A DNA stretch of 48,456 bases from Catajapyx aquilonaris (taxonomy: Eukaryota): positions 1 through 48,456 of the forward strand of contig KZ538773.1 of the NCBI GenBank assembly GCA_000934665.2, in the 5' to 3' direction. The translations under genes and the position numbers were made by a program. The notes beneath the pieces were generated by a model. It was not told the origin of the DNA and searched no databases. It saw only the letters and a list, made by a program, of their open reading frames with translations. Positions 36,601-48,456 of this stretch are shown piece after piece. Within the stretch, counting starts at the first letter, position 1; every line of letters starts with the position of its first letter.

Positions 36601-38419
36601 ACGTGTGACTAGTTGTCTGTACCAACATGTGTGCAAGGAGAGTGCAGGGTGTTACGAGGGGAATGGAATGTAAGTGCTAGCAAAAATTGATTACTTTTAG
36701 TTTTTACTGCCGAAAATGTAGGCTAGTGCGGAGTTACATTGAGCCAACAGGGATGTAACGATTTTCGTGAGTATGGATAACAATGGAACAAAGATTTTTT
36801 TTTTTTGCAAAAAAAAACTAGGGCGGAGATTCTGACCTTTTAAATCGAAATGGTGCTCATGTACTTTGTTCTCTATTGTGATTTAATCAGTTGGATTTAA
36901 AATTAGTGTTGGAAACTATGCGTGAAATTAAGCTGAATCATATCGGGTTGTCAATTTTGGCATTGAGTTTGGTGATAAAAGTGGCCTTCACGTGCCTTGC
37001 ATAATATTCGAATTTTTAATAAAAATAATAATCAGGAAATGGATACATATATTAATAATTCTCAACATTTGTGTACAGTCAGTGCAATATTTGACCAGTG
37101 GTCAAGCCAGTAAATGCAATAGTTTTCTCTCGCTTCGTGCATTCCTGTTGCTATTTTGTAACACTTCGGACCTAAACAGTGAAGTACGCATTGTTCTGGT
37201 GATTGATGATTGCGGTGTTTCTGTGAAGCACGAGAGAATGGCATGCAATTGGGCACATTTATTTCAGAAAGGAAGCTTTTTGTTGGAATCCCTTTGAAGA
37301 GAAGCCCGGAACTTGATAAATAATTAGCTGCGACGTTGCTGCGACTTTGGATATTGGAAGAAGTTGTGTAGAAGTTGAGGGAAAACTTCGGTGTAAATCC
37401 GGATTAAAGAATATTTCTTAACACGTTTCATTTGTCAGGATTAGAACAAAAGGCATCCAAAGTATTGCGTCGTCTGCATTTGAAATAACTAGTTAATTAT
37501 ATTGGTTTTACAGAGGCTTTCATGCGCCATTGTTAATAAATTAGTAGGGTCATTATTTTGCGATGTTTTTGTCAGTACCTGATAATTAGGCAAATGCGCA
37601 TAATTGGCAGTTAATTAATTGGTTTCATTTACAATGCAACCATATGTGCCATTATACACGAACCCCACAATATGGCCGATTTTTGCACAATTTCCTAGCA
37701 AAAAAAATGGGTCATCTGCATATATTCCCAAGAAGCACAAGTATCTGCATGTCTATTACATTTACATATTTTTGCCACATCTGCGTGCATTCTGACGTTA
37801 TGGCCGACATGCATTTTGGCCAGCATGAACACATGTTGCCTCTGGTAAGTTAAATTTAACCAGCACTCGGAGCGTTGCAAAAAAAATATGGCGGACGCGA
37901 CTAATAGGACTTTTTAATGGCGGCCTTGGCTAGTGGCCGTGACCACAAAAATAACGCCAGCTGATTCAAGAAGATCACTGACTACACATGTGTTTACAAC
38001 GGACTATGCGGTCTGGTATTTTTTCGTCGAAAAGTTTGGGGGCTTAATGGGGCCAACCATGAAGAATAGGTTTTCCCCAAGCGCTGTAAATTGGCAACAA
38101 TTCAAATCACAAGAGCCAGAAACGATTGCGGCAGTTTGCAGAGTTCAGTCTGTAGTTTCGCATCCTCTGAAAATGTTGTTAAGTGGCCTTGGTCTGATAG
38201 TTGCAGGTAGGACTAGTTTCTATTACTTAACATCCTTTGATCATCATTCGATGACGTCGAATAGCGTTGCAAACTGGATCTGACGTACTTGCAAATTAAT
38301 CTATATTGTGTGAACATATCTACGCAGTTCTGAACACTCATGTTTAAAAATAGATGCCGTCGACCCAGCGTCGACCCATTTCTATCGCCTACTAATGACT
38401 TCATTATTATCCTCCCCAG

Positions 38420-39109
38420 GTGAAAGAGGCCAATCGAGCAGCTCCGACGATGAACCCCCGGTCTCGTTGAGGACCCGAGCCAACCGAGCCCGTAAAAATA
38501 ACCGGCGTCTCGATGTCCTAAAAGAACCTGCCATCTTGGAAGAAACATCAGGCAGCATGGGTGCCAGGTCATCGAAGGGCCTAAAAGCACGGAGCCGGTC
38601 GTCTGGCAACCTGTACACAGTCAAGAAGGGAGAACTAGTCGACAGGTTTAAGCTGGGCGGGTCGGTACCGAACAACCTGTGGGCCGTGGGTAAGAAGAAC
38701 GCGTACCAGTACTCGCACGAGGACCTGGTGGTGAATCGGAACAGGAAGAATCAGATGTACCAGAATGGGTGTGAGATTCATAGGCATCAACCGCAGCATC
38801 CGTACCACCAGTCGTTGCCTAGGAGCAGCGGTGATTTGGTGCACAGCGATACGTGTCCGTTTATGAGACAGTACGACGAGGATGGATACTACATCTCTGA
38901 GAGGTCGGTGGACCACGACATCTCCTGGGAAGGTTCCAGGACTGCTCCGGGTACTCCAGGGTTCCATCCGGCCAGTAGGGGTTGCGAAGACAAGGCGGTG
39001 ATGACTGTGATGATGATGATGCAGCAGTTGGATGCTGAGGATGAAGAGGCAGATAGTACCAAAAGGGAGTTCTCAGGAGGGAGAATCAACTACCCGTTCA
39101 TTGCCAAAG
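38420..39109 (+). CDS. Coding exon, low-complexity region before PDZ (GERGQSSSSDDEPP...INYPFIAK)
   Basis: Acceptor tcctccccag|, donor AAG|gtaatg; 690 nt, phase 1-1; GC-rich coding-like codon usage ends at the donor. Confidence 0.88.
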
Positions 39110-42100
39110 GTAATGTCCACAACAAGTCGTCACCACAATGGTTTTTGCTTATCTTTCAACTTGTTGAACTGAGGGAACTATCCAGTGTACCACGATATCA
39201 TAGCACAGGGGATATTGAAACAGCTGTGCGAGGCAAAACATTCGGGCTGTCAAAATATTGGCCTTCATATGCCACCCTGCTTGTTTTTCCTGGTCGAGTT
39301 GTTACAATGAGGAATGCATTCAAATCAGTGTGGGGGAATATGCATGGATGGGGGCTATCGAAATAATCCACCAGTTTTGTTCAACTTGTGAGTTTTGAGA
39401 GCAATATTTATTGAGTTCAGCTGGGAAAGATGACTGGGGATTTAGTGTAGATCCAAAATAATGTATAGTTGGACGGAGCATTTTTTACTGTACCATAAAA
39501 TTGATGACTTTTTTCCGGACTAACCTGAAGGCGTAGTCTCTTATCGTATTATGCAAACATGGAAATCTGACTTTCAAAAATTCGAATGAAAAATGCGACC
39601 AGTTCGACGAAGAGACATTTTGGCTAATAATTCTGCGAGTAGGCTACTGCATGGTTTGAATGTGACATACACTGTGAGGGCAGAGTGAAGTGCAGAATAC
39701 AAAATTTGTGAGTCACAACTAAATATTTATTAGGCTGAAATGGCTATTCAGGGATTAGAGGTAGATTCCATTCAATTTATTGGTCATGACTGTATTGCAG
39801 TATTTATTGAAATGAGGTAATCAGGCTAAATGCTTCTCGAAATGGTGCTGTTCACTCTTAAAGCAGTATGTATTGTCATTGGAGAGGTTGAGCGGAAATG
39901 TACTACGTTACCCAACATTCCCTGACTTAATGTGGCCTGTTCCTCGTCACGGTTACACACACCGACTTTTCTTTTTTTTTTGCCAAATTTTTTTCGCCAG
40001 GTGTATTGTTGGAGGCAGTTGAGGGCACGTTAGGGTTAAGAACTCATTCAAGGAAACGAAAGGGCGACGAACCACCTCCGGTCTTACCGTCGCTGCAGGC
40101 CCAACCAGCATTACAAAATCTCTTTAATCTGCCCCGTTTTGGCCCCCCTCCCCCCCTTCCTTGATTAACTCGTTGGGCAGCCGAACTGGAAAATTAATTG
40201 GCCGACGCTCCCACACGTCGGCGCCACTTGAGGAAGTCCCCCAGGCGGTTTTCCCGCCTCCACAACCGAGAAACTTTTAGCAAACAAAGTGGTGGAATTC
40301 GGGGCTCGGAAATTGTTGGCACAGGCCTTGAAGGGTACCCAACTGTGTATGCTTTTGCATTCCGAGTCCGGAAGAGTGGGGGGACTGAACTGGAGACCCT
40401 GAGTCAGCAGTCTTTTTTGATGGTGAAGGAGTGGCGGGTACTTCCAAGAGGGAACAGTCACATGGCGCCTCTGACGTCAGTATAACCTAATTGCCATGAT
40501 TCCTGACCTACACATCAGTTTCGCGTGACGCCATTGTTAGGAACTATATAAGTGCTGGATTGCTTCATAAGTTTGTGAGCTGTGACTATAGTAGAAAATC
40601 TTTGGTTATTCACAACATATTCAGATTGTAAATTTTCCTCGATAAAACCGGCTTGTAGGAGGCTGTTTTACCCCAGAGAATATACGCAATGGATCATCTA
40701 GATGTATTGTACAGTACAGTAGGGCCTACTCCATTGACTCTATCCTCGTGTGTTCGTTCAATCGACTATCCTAGTAACGGGTGTCTTCAGGTCACGGAGG
40801 TCAGCCACTAGATCCTCAGATAAGCCCCAGTGAGAAAATGTATAGGTTCCCAACGATCGCTTCGGATTTGTTCATTTGGTCCAGCTCCATCAGCTCTCTC
40901 GGGGAACTCTTTGAGAGTCTGCGGACAATCCCAAGTACTGTCCAACTTCGCAATTTTTTAAAGTCCCTCACGCTTCACAGCCACCACACACACTCTGGAT
41001 CTGATAATGTCAGTAAAGTTTACGAGTTCCTCCATAAAACTGTTCAAACGGCGAATCACTATTTTGGGTCCAAAATTGAACAAGACCAGAAGTGGTGTAA
41101 CGTTCGTAGGATGTACGACTGAAAACTTATCATGATTGTACAGTGCTGTTATAACAGTACATCCAATAAATTTAGTCCAGTATTAACCCCAATCTACAGT
41201 AAATCCTGACTAATGAACATAATCAATTAGTCGCTCAAATAAATGACTATACCTGTAAAAACCGCAAAGTCCTGTTCACCTGCACCAAAATGAGAGCTTC
41301 CCTTTTTTTGTGACCTAGACGAACTTTTTTTTGTATGGGCAAAGTCTGTAACTCCAGTGCGAAACCCATCATCCGAAATCGGATTATCCACGCCTCCTTA
41401 CAAGTCAAGCCCCGCCGCCTAATTAGTCCTCAATTGCAGGAATGAATCAGGTTCCCCCCCCCCNCCCATCCTTGATTTTCTCATCATCCACTCTTTTTCC
41501 GTCACACCCAGTGGATATTGGGAGCACGAGAAAAAAAAAGCTATCGTATAGTTCCAGGCCGGAACTTTGAGTCGCCTGCAAGGCTCGAATTGGCAATCTA
41601 ATCAATATGTCTCCATTTTGAAATTTACACCATTTTGCACTTTGAAAGTCTAAATCATGGACAATAAGCGAATGTTAGATGAATTTAAGAGGGAAAAGTT
41701 AATGAGTGATTTTTTTAATGACGCGTTTTTTTAAAAAATTTTGGTGCCGCACTTTCGAGCGTAATTAGCTGTGCACTGTTTAAAATTAAGGGAGAGTTTC
41801 CCTATTCAGTTGTCAGTTATGTTTTTATACTTGAGTATGGATGTAGGTCATTTTTTCCATGTCTGCCCAGAGATGTAAACATCTAACTAATTTTTCTTTA
41901 CAATTTAAGAAACTGTTTTTACCTTGCTGGAGGTAATATAGAGGGCGTCATTGTAACATGCTACCCACAGGAGAAGGAGACAGTTTTCATAAGTCCTGCT
42001 TTTATCTTAGACCTGTAGAATTCCTCACGCGCTCACACGCACAAATATAATGCATATTACCCTAATGAGTTTTCCTAATCAGCCATTCTCTTTGTCTTGG

Positions 42101-44112
42101 ACCCCAAGAGTAGTGCTGGAATATTCCCAGTAGGCGCTGAGGGATAGTCCTTCTCATGCGTCACAACAGACGACCGCAAAGTGGCTCATTCTAGGCTTCC
42201 CTTGAAATTCCAAGCCAGCCTATGCGCACATAGTCATGTTTGCATGGACAAACCGCGGCTTTTCCACCACTCCCAGAGCCGCCATTAATTATAACAGAGC
42301 TTTAAGCTACACAGCCAGGGCTTCCGCCGCAAATCCTCCTTTCAGAGGTTTTCGAGGTATGAAAACCCCAGACTCCCATTACGAATGGAGTTAAAATATT
42401 TTGAATTTATATCCCAATCTCTCCGGATGCGTTAGATTTACAAGGATGTTCGTTAAAATCATCGGAATGGGCGGCCATTTTTTTTTCTTTGTTCATGTGA
42501 TACATTCGAAGGTAGCAAGGAAGGTAGTATGTAATCTGATCTGAAGTGGGTCGTCGATCGGCGCCAGGGTATTTTTCTATAGACGATTGTTGATGGGTAT
42601 CGATTCCTTGTCAAAAAAAGTAGGCTCTTTCGAAACGATTTTTTTGTCCCTCATGTTCTATTAGTACGATGATGTGCCGAATGGTTTTTGTTGAGACGGC
42701 CATGTGTGAAAATATTTAAATATATTTAAATATTTTCAGTTATACACAGCTGCCAGCTGTACTTTACCACGAATAATTTTTAGGAGCTTCTGAGTGTCAG
42801 TGAAATGTTAGAAATCGTATTGTTGACGGGTAGAAGAGTCCTACTGAAAAGGACTATTAATAGCACGAGCTACATTAGCGCCAGGCTATAAATATTGTGG
42901 GGATTCCCCGAAGGCCTTCGAGAAACTAGTTCCGTTATTGCTAGTGGCCTGCTTTTATCTAGCTTTTGAAGTGGATCAATCGCAGTCTTGATATATATTT
43001 TTTTGTGTGTGTTTCTCTCTTTGATGTTCAACGGGCGTAGGAAATTCTTCCCAGCTTTAGTAAAACTGACAGAAACAAAAGCCAGCCAGAAAAACAACAA
43101 TCGGAGTAATCTCGGGTCAAGGATGAGATTTAATTTTTCATGGCTTCGTAAACACTTTGTTCTGTTTCGAGTCTGGCGGTTTTTATTTGCATATTTTCAT
43201 AACATTTTTTTTTGCGGGTACATTTTCCTGCAGTGGAAAATTGTGTTTGGACCCGCAATTATGTTGGAACTTTTTTTTGGTGAACATTTGAATAGCCTGG
43301 AGGTATCGGCACGTTGTGGCCTTATTAAAAACTCATCAACTTAATTACGCCAACTGTTTTGTGTGTGAATGAGCGGTGAACCGAGGCATGTGAACCCGGA
43401 GGTTCGTGCTTTTGTCCAGGAATTTCATACAGCAACTGGGTCTCTCTTCATTAACTTGAAGCCAGAGAGGTGGAAGCTAGGTTAGGAGCAGGTCACATAA
43501 ATTTTAAAAATAATTGTCAAGACCAGTAGCCTAATTTTGAAGTCATTTGTATACTACTAGAGGCAATTCTGGTTCTTTTTTTGCTGTTGTCAATCTGTCT
43601 TCATGTGTACTACGAATCAGTTATGCCATAATATTTGCTTTAAAAATGTAGTACGTCGGAAGCAATTTGGGGCCCGACCCTGCATACACAACATCCCTTG
43701 GCGTAGAAAGTGGGGCATAATTCATATTGATGATGTCGGGTCTGCGGATGAGTGATGAGATTTTCCCAGGAGGAACACGTTTCAGGCTCGTGCTATGTTT
43801 GGAAACCAGTGTCAAGGAAATGAGGTGGGGATGGATTGGCAGAAAAATGACTTCCTTGGCACTTGTCCCCAAGTCCTGCTCCTCTTTCGCCCTTGGGGAG
43901 CTCTAAATACTTTCACTCTGTTAACTAATTTGTTTGCACCCTTCCCCTGCAAAACAGAGTGTTTGTGTACAAAACAAGCTAGTTACGTCAAGGGTCCCAC
44001 ATGTGCACAGCCCAATGTATTCAGAATGAGAATAGTACTGATGTCACAATAGGCTAAAAATGACTCTCAACAATATTGACATTGTTACTAAAGGATTACT
44101 TGGAGGAATTTA

Positions 44113-44199
44113 TATGGTGGATATGTTCGTGGGTCACTTCTTGATAACTAATATCGCCTGTAGTTATCAAGCAGCGACCCACGAACTTGGACCACCCTG
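44113..44199. mobile_element. Miniature Tc1/mariner-type MITE (about 87 bp, almost only TIRs)
   Basis: gttcgtgggtcacttcttgataacta / tagttatcaagcagcgacccacgaac arms; right end ACCACCCTG|TA, left flank TA. Confidence 0.8.
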
Positions 44200-45067
44200 T
44201 ATTGAGCAAAATGGTAGAAATGCAGTAGACATGTAACTTGTATATTTACGAAAATTTTATTTCAGGTAAATCTGCCTAAATATTAAATTACAATTTATGG
44301 AAATTATTAATAAATAAAGTTACCCGATCGTTTCAAATTCACATATTTAGAAAAATGTACTTCAGGTGAATAATTTTGAGTGTAATTTAAGAGTAATTTT
44401 TGCCTTTATATGATTGAAATTTGCATTTAGATGAGTTAACTGTACGTAACACATAATTCGATTTTTTAAAAAAATCTTGCATTTTTGTCATTTTCTTCAG
44501 AATCTTCCCATTTTGCTTTTTTTTGTCATATTTTTTGATGCAAGGAAGGTCCGAGCGAATTTGAGTTTTCCAGCCCGATGGTTTTCAATTTTCGGTAGGG
44601 AAAAAGCAATCGGTCCTAGGTCCAAGTCAATTCCGGGCTTCTTGTGCCCCCCCCCCCCTCCCCCTCTCTCTCTNTCTCTCGTAGTTTTTTTTGTTGCGTC
44701 TGATTTAGATTGATTTTCCTTCCCGTCCCTTTGGGATTCGGACGCAATGAAAAGATTTACATCTCGTTTCGAGTAGCAAAAAAAAAAAGTCAATTTTTTG
44801 GTCATGCATGGACCCAAAATCGCAGAGTGCACTGTAAAGCTTGAAGGTTATTCTATCTGCTTTTAGCAGGGTTTTTCCTTCCTTCTGGCAGATCTGACAT
44901 GCCATGTTGATTTTATTGCCTCGAAAAACGGAAATGACGGTCGGAAAATAATTTGTCACATCACAATGTTATTTTGTAAGTGGATGTGAATAATGTAAAT
45001 TGTATTCCAATAAGTGCGGATTCTGTTCAATAAGGGAACATACAATAATTGTGTTGCATTGTTGCAG

Positions 45068-45276
45068 AAAATACATTTGAGGTCCTGGTGAGCAAAGGGT
45101 CGCATGGTCTAGGCCTGAGTGTGTGTGGAGGCTGTGAGACCAAGGAGCCATGGCCCGGACTGATCCGGATCAAGAAGATCTTCCCACATCAACCAGCGTG
45201 GCAAACTTCCAGACTCCAATCAGGAGATATCCTCCTAAAGGCAAATGGGGTTCCACTCTCAGGCTTAAGCAACTAC
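45068..45276 (+). CDS. Coding exon, PDZ domain (ENTFEVLVSKGSHGLGLSVCGG...GDILLKANGVPLSGLSNY)
   Basis: Acceptor gttgcag|, donor TAC|gtaagt; 209 nt, phase 1-0; GLGL and GDxLLxxNG motifs. Confidence 0.95.
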
Positions 45277-46086
45277 GTAAGTATAGATATCCGTATTAAC
45301 TAATCTAAGCCACTGGCTAATTAGCCTTAAGCACTAAGTAGAACGAAGTAGACTTCAAAACCAGAAGCTCTTCTGCTTCCAAGACATGTTCTTACAAGCG
45401 TCACTAGCAGACCTTCTGAAGTATATGGGACCTGTCAACTGTAGATATTTGTCGATTTGTAGCCAACCCCATCATTTCCGATTCGAGGCAGCGTCATGGG
45501 AGGTGAGAAATTGCCAAAATGCCTGTGTGATTTTCTGGTCCTCGATGGAACGCGATAAATCAGCCGAGTGCAGATCGAAATTGACCACTGAGAGCCTGAT
45601 GGGCTCAGGGTTTTTGTGGGAGCCATAGCCCCAAAAGTGGCCGCAAATGGAACTGACAACACAAGGCATTTGGGTGTTGCCGACCACCTTTTAAGGCCCC
45701 CCTGAAATCCTGTTTTCCTGTAAAACATCCGGTTTCCACTAGGGAGTGCTGACAATCGACACGGAAAGTTACTAAAGGACTGACAGTGTGTAACATAAGT
45801 CGCTGTCGAAACAGGGTCACAGGCTATCTCATGGGGCTAATAAAATAACTGGGGGTAAAATATTCAGGTAACAAACAGAAGTTTTATCTTCACTGCCGAA
45901 CTTGTAACGACCTCTTGAACGACACTTGAAAAAAAAATAGTGCGACCTACTTACGTAGCTTGTAGTGTTTCCCAAGTTTGTCGTAACCTGTGCTCGAACC
46001 GTATTTTCTAGTTAGGGAAGTCATCACAGCCTCTGATTCTTTAAAAATTTAAAGAGATAAAATGTGACCACCACACTTGTTCACAG

Positions 46087-46290
46087 GAAGCCCTGGAGGT
46101 ACTAAGGATGACCCCATCCGAGACGGTGCTGACCGTCTGCAGGCCAGTGGCCGGCATCTTCAGCGCCGCCATGGCCCTGGTGCAGAGTCAGCCTGACCTC
46201 AGCACCAGCACCAGCTCTAGTCAAACGGAACTGGCGCCTAGTCACCACCTAAACTACCTGACCCCTCCCAACAAATCAGGACCATGCGGG
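46087..46290 (+). CDS. Coding exon, end of PDZ (EALEVLRMTPSETVLTVCR) plus linker
   Basis: Acceptor ttcacag|, donor GGG|gtaagt; 204 nt, phase 0-0. Confidence 0.93.
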
Positions 46291-46352
46291 GTAAGTAAAG
46301 ATGACCTTACTTGTCGAATTTGAAAATAATTTACATATGGTGTTATTCGCAG

Positions 46353-46505
46353 GAGTTTGAAGTATGCTTGACCAAAGTTAACGGAAGTTTGGGATTCACG
46401 TTGAGGAAGGAGGACGAAAGCATCATGGGCCATTATGTCCGAGCTTTGGTCAAGGAGCCGGCCCTTTCCGACGGCCGGATCAAGCCTGGAGATAGGATCA
46501 TTTCG
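46353..46505 (+). CDS. Coding exon, next PDZ domain (EFEVCLTKVNGSLGFTL...GRIKPGDRIIS)
   Basis: Acceptor ttattcgcag|, donor TCG|gtagga; 153 nt, phase 0-0; SLGF loop. Confidence 0.95.
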
Positions 46506-46612
46506 GTAGGACCCAAGGCTTATCTCTTTTACATAATGGCCCCCCTCTTCAGTGTTATATACGAGAGGGTCTGAAAATGAGACGGGGCGAGAGAGCGCCA
46601 ATAGGCCTATTA

Positions 46613-46626
46613 GTCGCCATGGCAAC
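46613..46626. promoter_or_regulatory. RFX X-box consensus match
   Basis: GTCGCCATGGCAAC fits GTNRCC-AT-RGYAAC; function untested. Confidence 0.35.
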
Positions 46627-47135
46627 TTGTATGAAATTGGGTGAAGCTGTTGGGGTTTGATGTGCTCAAGGATTGTTATGCGGGGGAGTCATGAGGTTAG
46701 GAGGATTATCGACTTGGATGGGAGCAAGTTGAATGTAAGATGCGGGTAGCAGTAGGACACCCTGAGGGAGGGAGGGGGTTAACAACTGGATTTAAGAGGA
46801 TATAACCATCGGATGGGAGATTTAATCTTGGTTAAGAATTGTGACTTAATCGCTTTTTGGTGCATATGGATCGAGTTGAAGATGTCTGTTTCAGCGACCT
46901 GTCAACTGCAACTGTCTTGAAGACAAAAAGTTTTTCCTCATGACATAATCTTTTGAATAACAAGCGTTTTATAAGGATGAACTGTATTTCGACCTAGTTG
47001 GTCGTTGCTCGAGCGTGCCGTTGACACAATGAGGTCGAATGAGGGATCAGGGATTCTGCAGGGGGCGACGGCCGCTGTGCTGCTGTCTTGTGTACTGAAT
47101 CCCCGACTCTAAAAGACCGACTTTCAACTTGTCAG

Positions 47136-47305
47136 GTGAACAGCGTGGACTTGTCTCCCATGAGCCACGCCGAGGCTGTGGCTTTCCTGAGGAAGTGTCC
47201 GGATGAGGTGACGCTCAGGCTGTTCCGGGACGAGTCTCAGACACCCGTGTCGCCCATGTCGCCCACCGAGTCGGAGAAAAAGTTCAGGCCCAAGCCGCTC
47301 TTGAG
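47136..47305 (+). CDS. Coding exon, end of PDZ (VNSVDLSPMSHAEAVAFLRKCPDEVTLRLFR)
   Basis: Acceptor cttgtcag|, donor GAG|gtactg; 170 nt, phase 0-2; HxEAVxxLR helix. Confidence 0.94.
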
Positions 47306-47369
47306 GTACTGTAGTTTGACACTTTTGATGTAGTACTGATATGTAACTGATCAATTATTTGCTTTACAG

Positions 47370-48084
47370 GAAGGAGGCAATGGACATGCTGTGCGACTTG
47401 GCCGTTCGTAAGATATCGTCTCCCAGCGGATCTCCGGGCACCCCGTCCCGAAGACGCCTGTCTCTCGATCCGGGACAGCTGTCCGGATCACGTCGTAACT
47501 GTAGGCGGCTGACCCGGACGCCTCCGAGTCCTGACCACAGGCCGGCGGATGAGAACTCCTGGCCGTCCAGCCCGTGCAGCAGCATCTCGTACATGTCACC
47601 TCCTCCGGACTTCCGAAACAGGACGTTCGTGGTGGACAACCCGGACGCCACATTCGACGTCCCACCTAAGAGGCCCGATTTCTTGGACCTGTCCGGCTCC
47701 AGGAGGCGCAAGAGGTTCGTGCTGTCCGATCGCGGCCAGGACAACGGGGAGGATGTGCCTGACAGCAGCGGTCAGCCGGACAGCGTGGTGTCCGAGCCGT
47801 CCAACCGGCCCAAGTTCAGCTACCACAACCCGGCGTACCAAAGCGCGACGGTCACCGGCTGCACCGGAGGAGAGTCGTCCCCTACGGCCATGTCGGACAG
47901 GGACATGACCTCTGGGGCTGCCGCAGGGGAAGGGGAAGGGTCTCAGGGGCTGCTCAAGTGGAAGGGGGTGGTGTTCACCCCTGAGGAGGAGGTCACCAAA
48001 GGGCTGCTGGGGATCAGGGAGAGCCCGGATGGGAAAGAGGACACCTCGGTGGGTGAGAAGGACGATGACAGCCAGGAGGAGAAG
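47370..48084 (+). CDS. Coding exon, Ser/Pro-rich region (KEAMDMLCDLAVRK...LLKWKGVVF...SQEEK)
   Basis: Acceptor gctttacag|, probable donor AAG|gtgggc at 48084/48085; 715 nt, phase 2-0. Otherwise the frame stops at 48129. Confidence 0.88.
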
Positions 48085-48399
48085 GTGGGCACTAGTTTAT
48101 CCGATCCAGGAACTCATCATCTATTCTAAACCATAGACAATACCTCTGCTGCACTTATCAAATAATTAATTGCAACAGTAAGGTCGAGTACCACAACTTT
48201 GCGAAAGAGAAAATTGCCTGACAGTTAAGAAGTCTTTGCACAATCCTGTTTGTGTAGCACATTAAATAAATCGTGCTCATTTTTTGAAAATGTGTTACCG
48301 GTACCACACACAGCCCTATCAGGTGTAATATATATTGACACTTGCTAAGGAAATTGTCAGTGTTATTTAGATTGGTAAGCTGCCCAGTGCACATCCCTA

Positions 48400-48456
48400 C
48401 AGGGCCGGCGTTAGGTGAGATGGCGCCCTGTGCCGTTTGACATATATTACGCCCCC
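48400..48456. mobile_element. Possible left end of a hAT-like non-autonomous element running off the window
   Basis: Abrupt CAGGGCCGGC...GGCGCCC terminus typical of small hAT-type elements; partner end not visible. Confidence 0.4.

Larger units (their letters stand above)
17940..48084 (+). other. Downstream gene block: multi-PDZ protein resembling the C-terminal half of PTPN13-family proteins; probably continues beyond window
   Basis: Seven phase-compatible exons (1,1,0,0,0,2 junctions) encoding two clear PDZ domains; no PTP domain visible in the window. Confidence 0.8.

Noticed and set aside
39110..39366. Extension of the 323-aa ORF beyond the donor
   Set aside because: Coding-like composition ends at a good AAG|gtaatg donor in phase with the next PDZ exon; likely chance intronic read-through
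47351..47908. Several overlapping antisense and alternative-frame ORFs
   Set aside because: Expected shadows of a GC-rich exon; the same applies at 17.8-18.3 kb and 38.2-39.1 kb

Overview
Eukaryotic (animal, most likely arthropod) genomic DNA, not prokaryotic. The + strand carries a spliced PTPN13/FRMPD2-like locus. Seven exons at 458-4562 encode a FERM domain, a linker and one PDZ domain. After a long CpG-rich interval, seven more exons at 17940-48084 encode a basic/Ser-rich N-terminal region, two PDZ domains and a Ser/Pro-rich tail; a phosphatase domain, if present, lies beyond the window. All junctions are GT-AG and phase-compatible within each block. The two blocks can also be joined in frame, but they differ sharply in CpG content. 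The downstream block appears to have its own ATG exon with uORFs, suggesting a split or dual-promoter PTPN13 locus. Introns contain several Tc1/mariner and pogo/Tigger-type non-autonomous elements (one nested pair), two near-perfect or perfect palindromes, and recurrent C-rich to G-rich skew modules. No rRNA, tRNA or CRISPR array is supported. All calls were made by eye; no searches were run.
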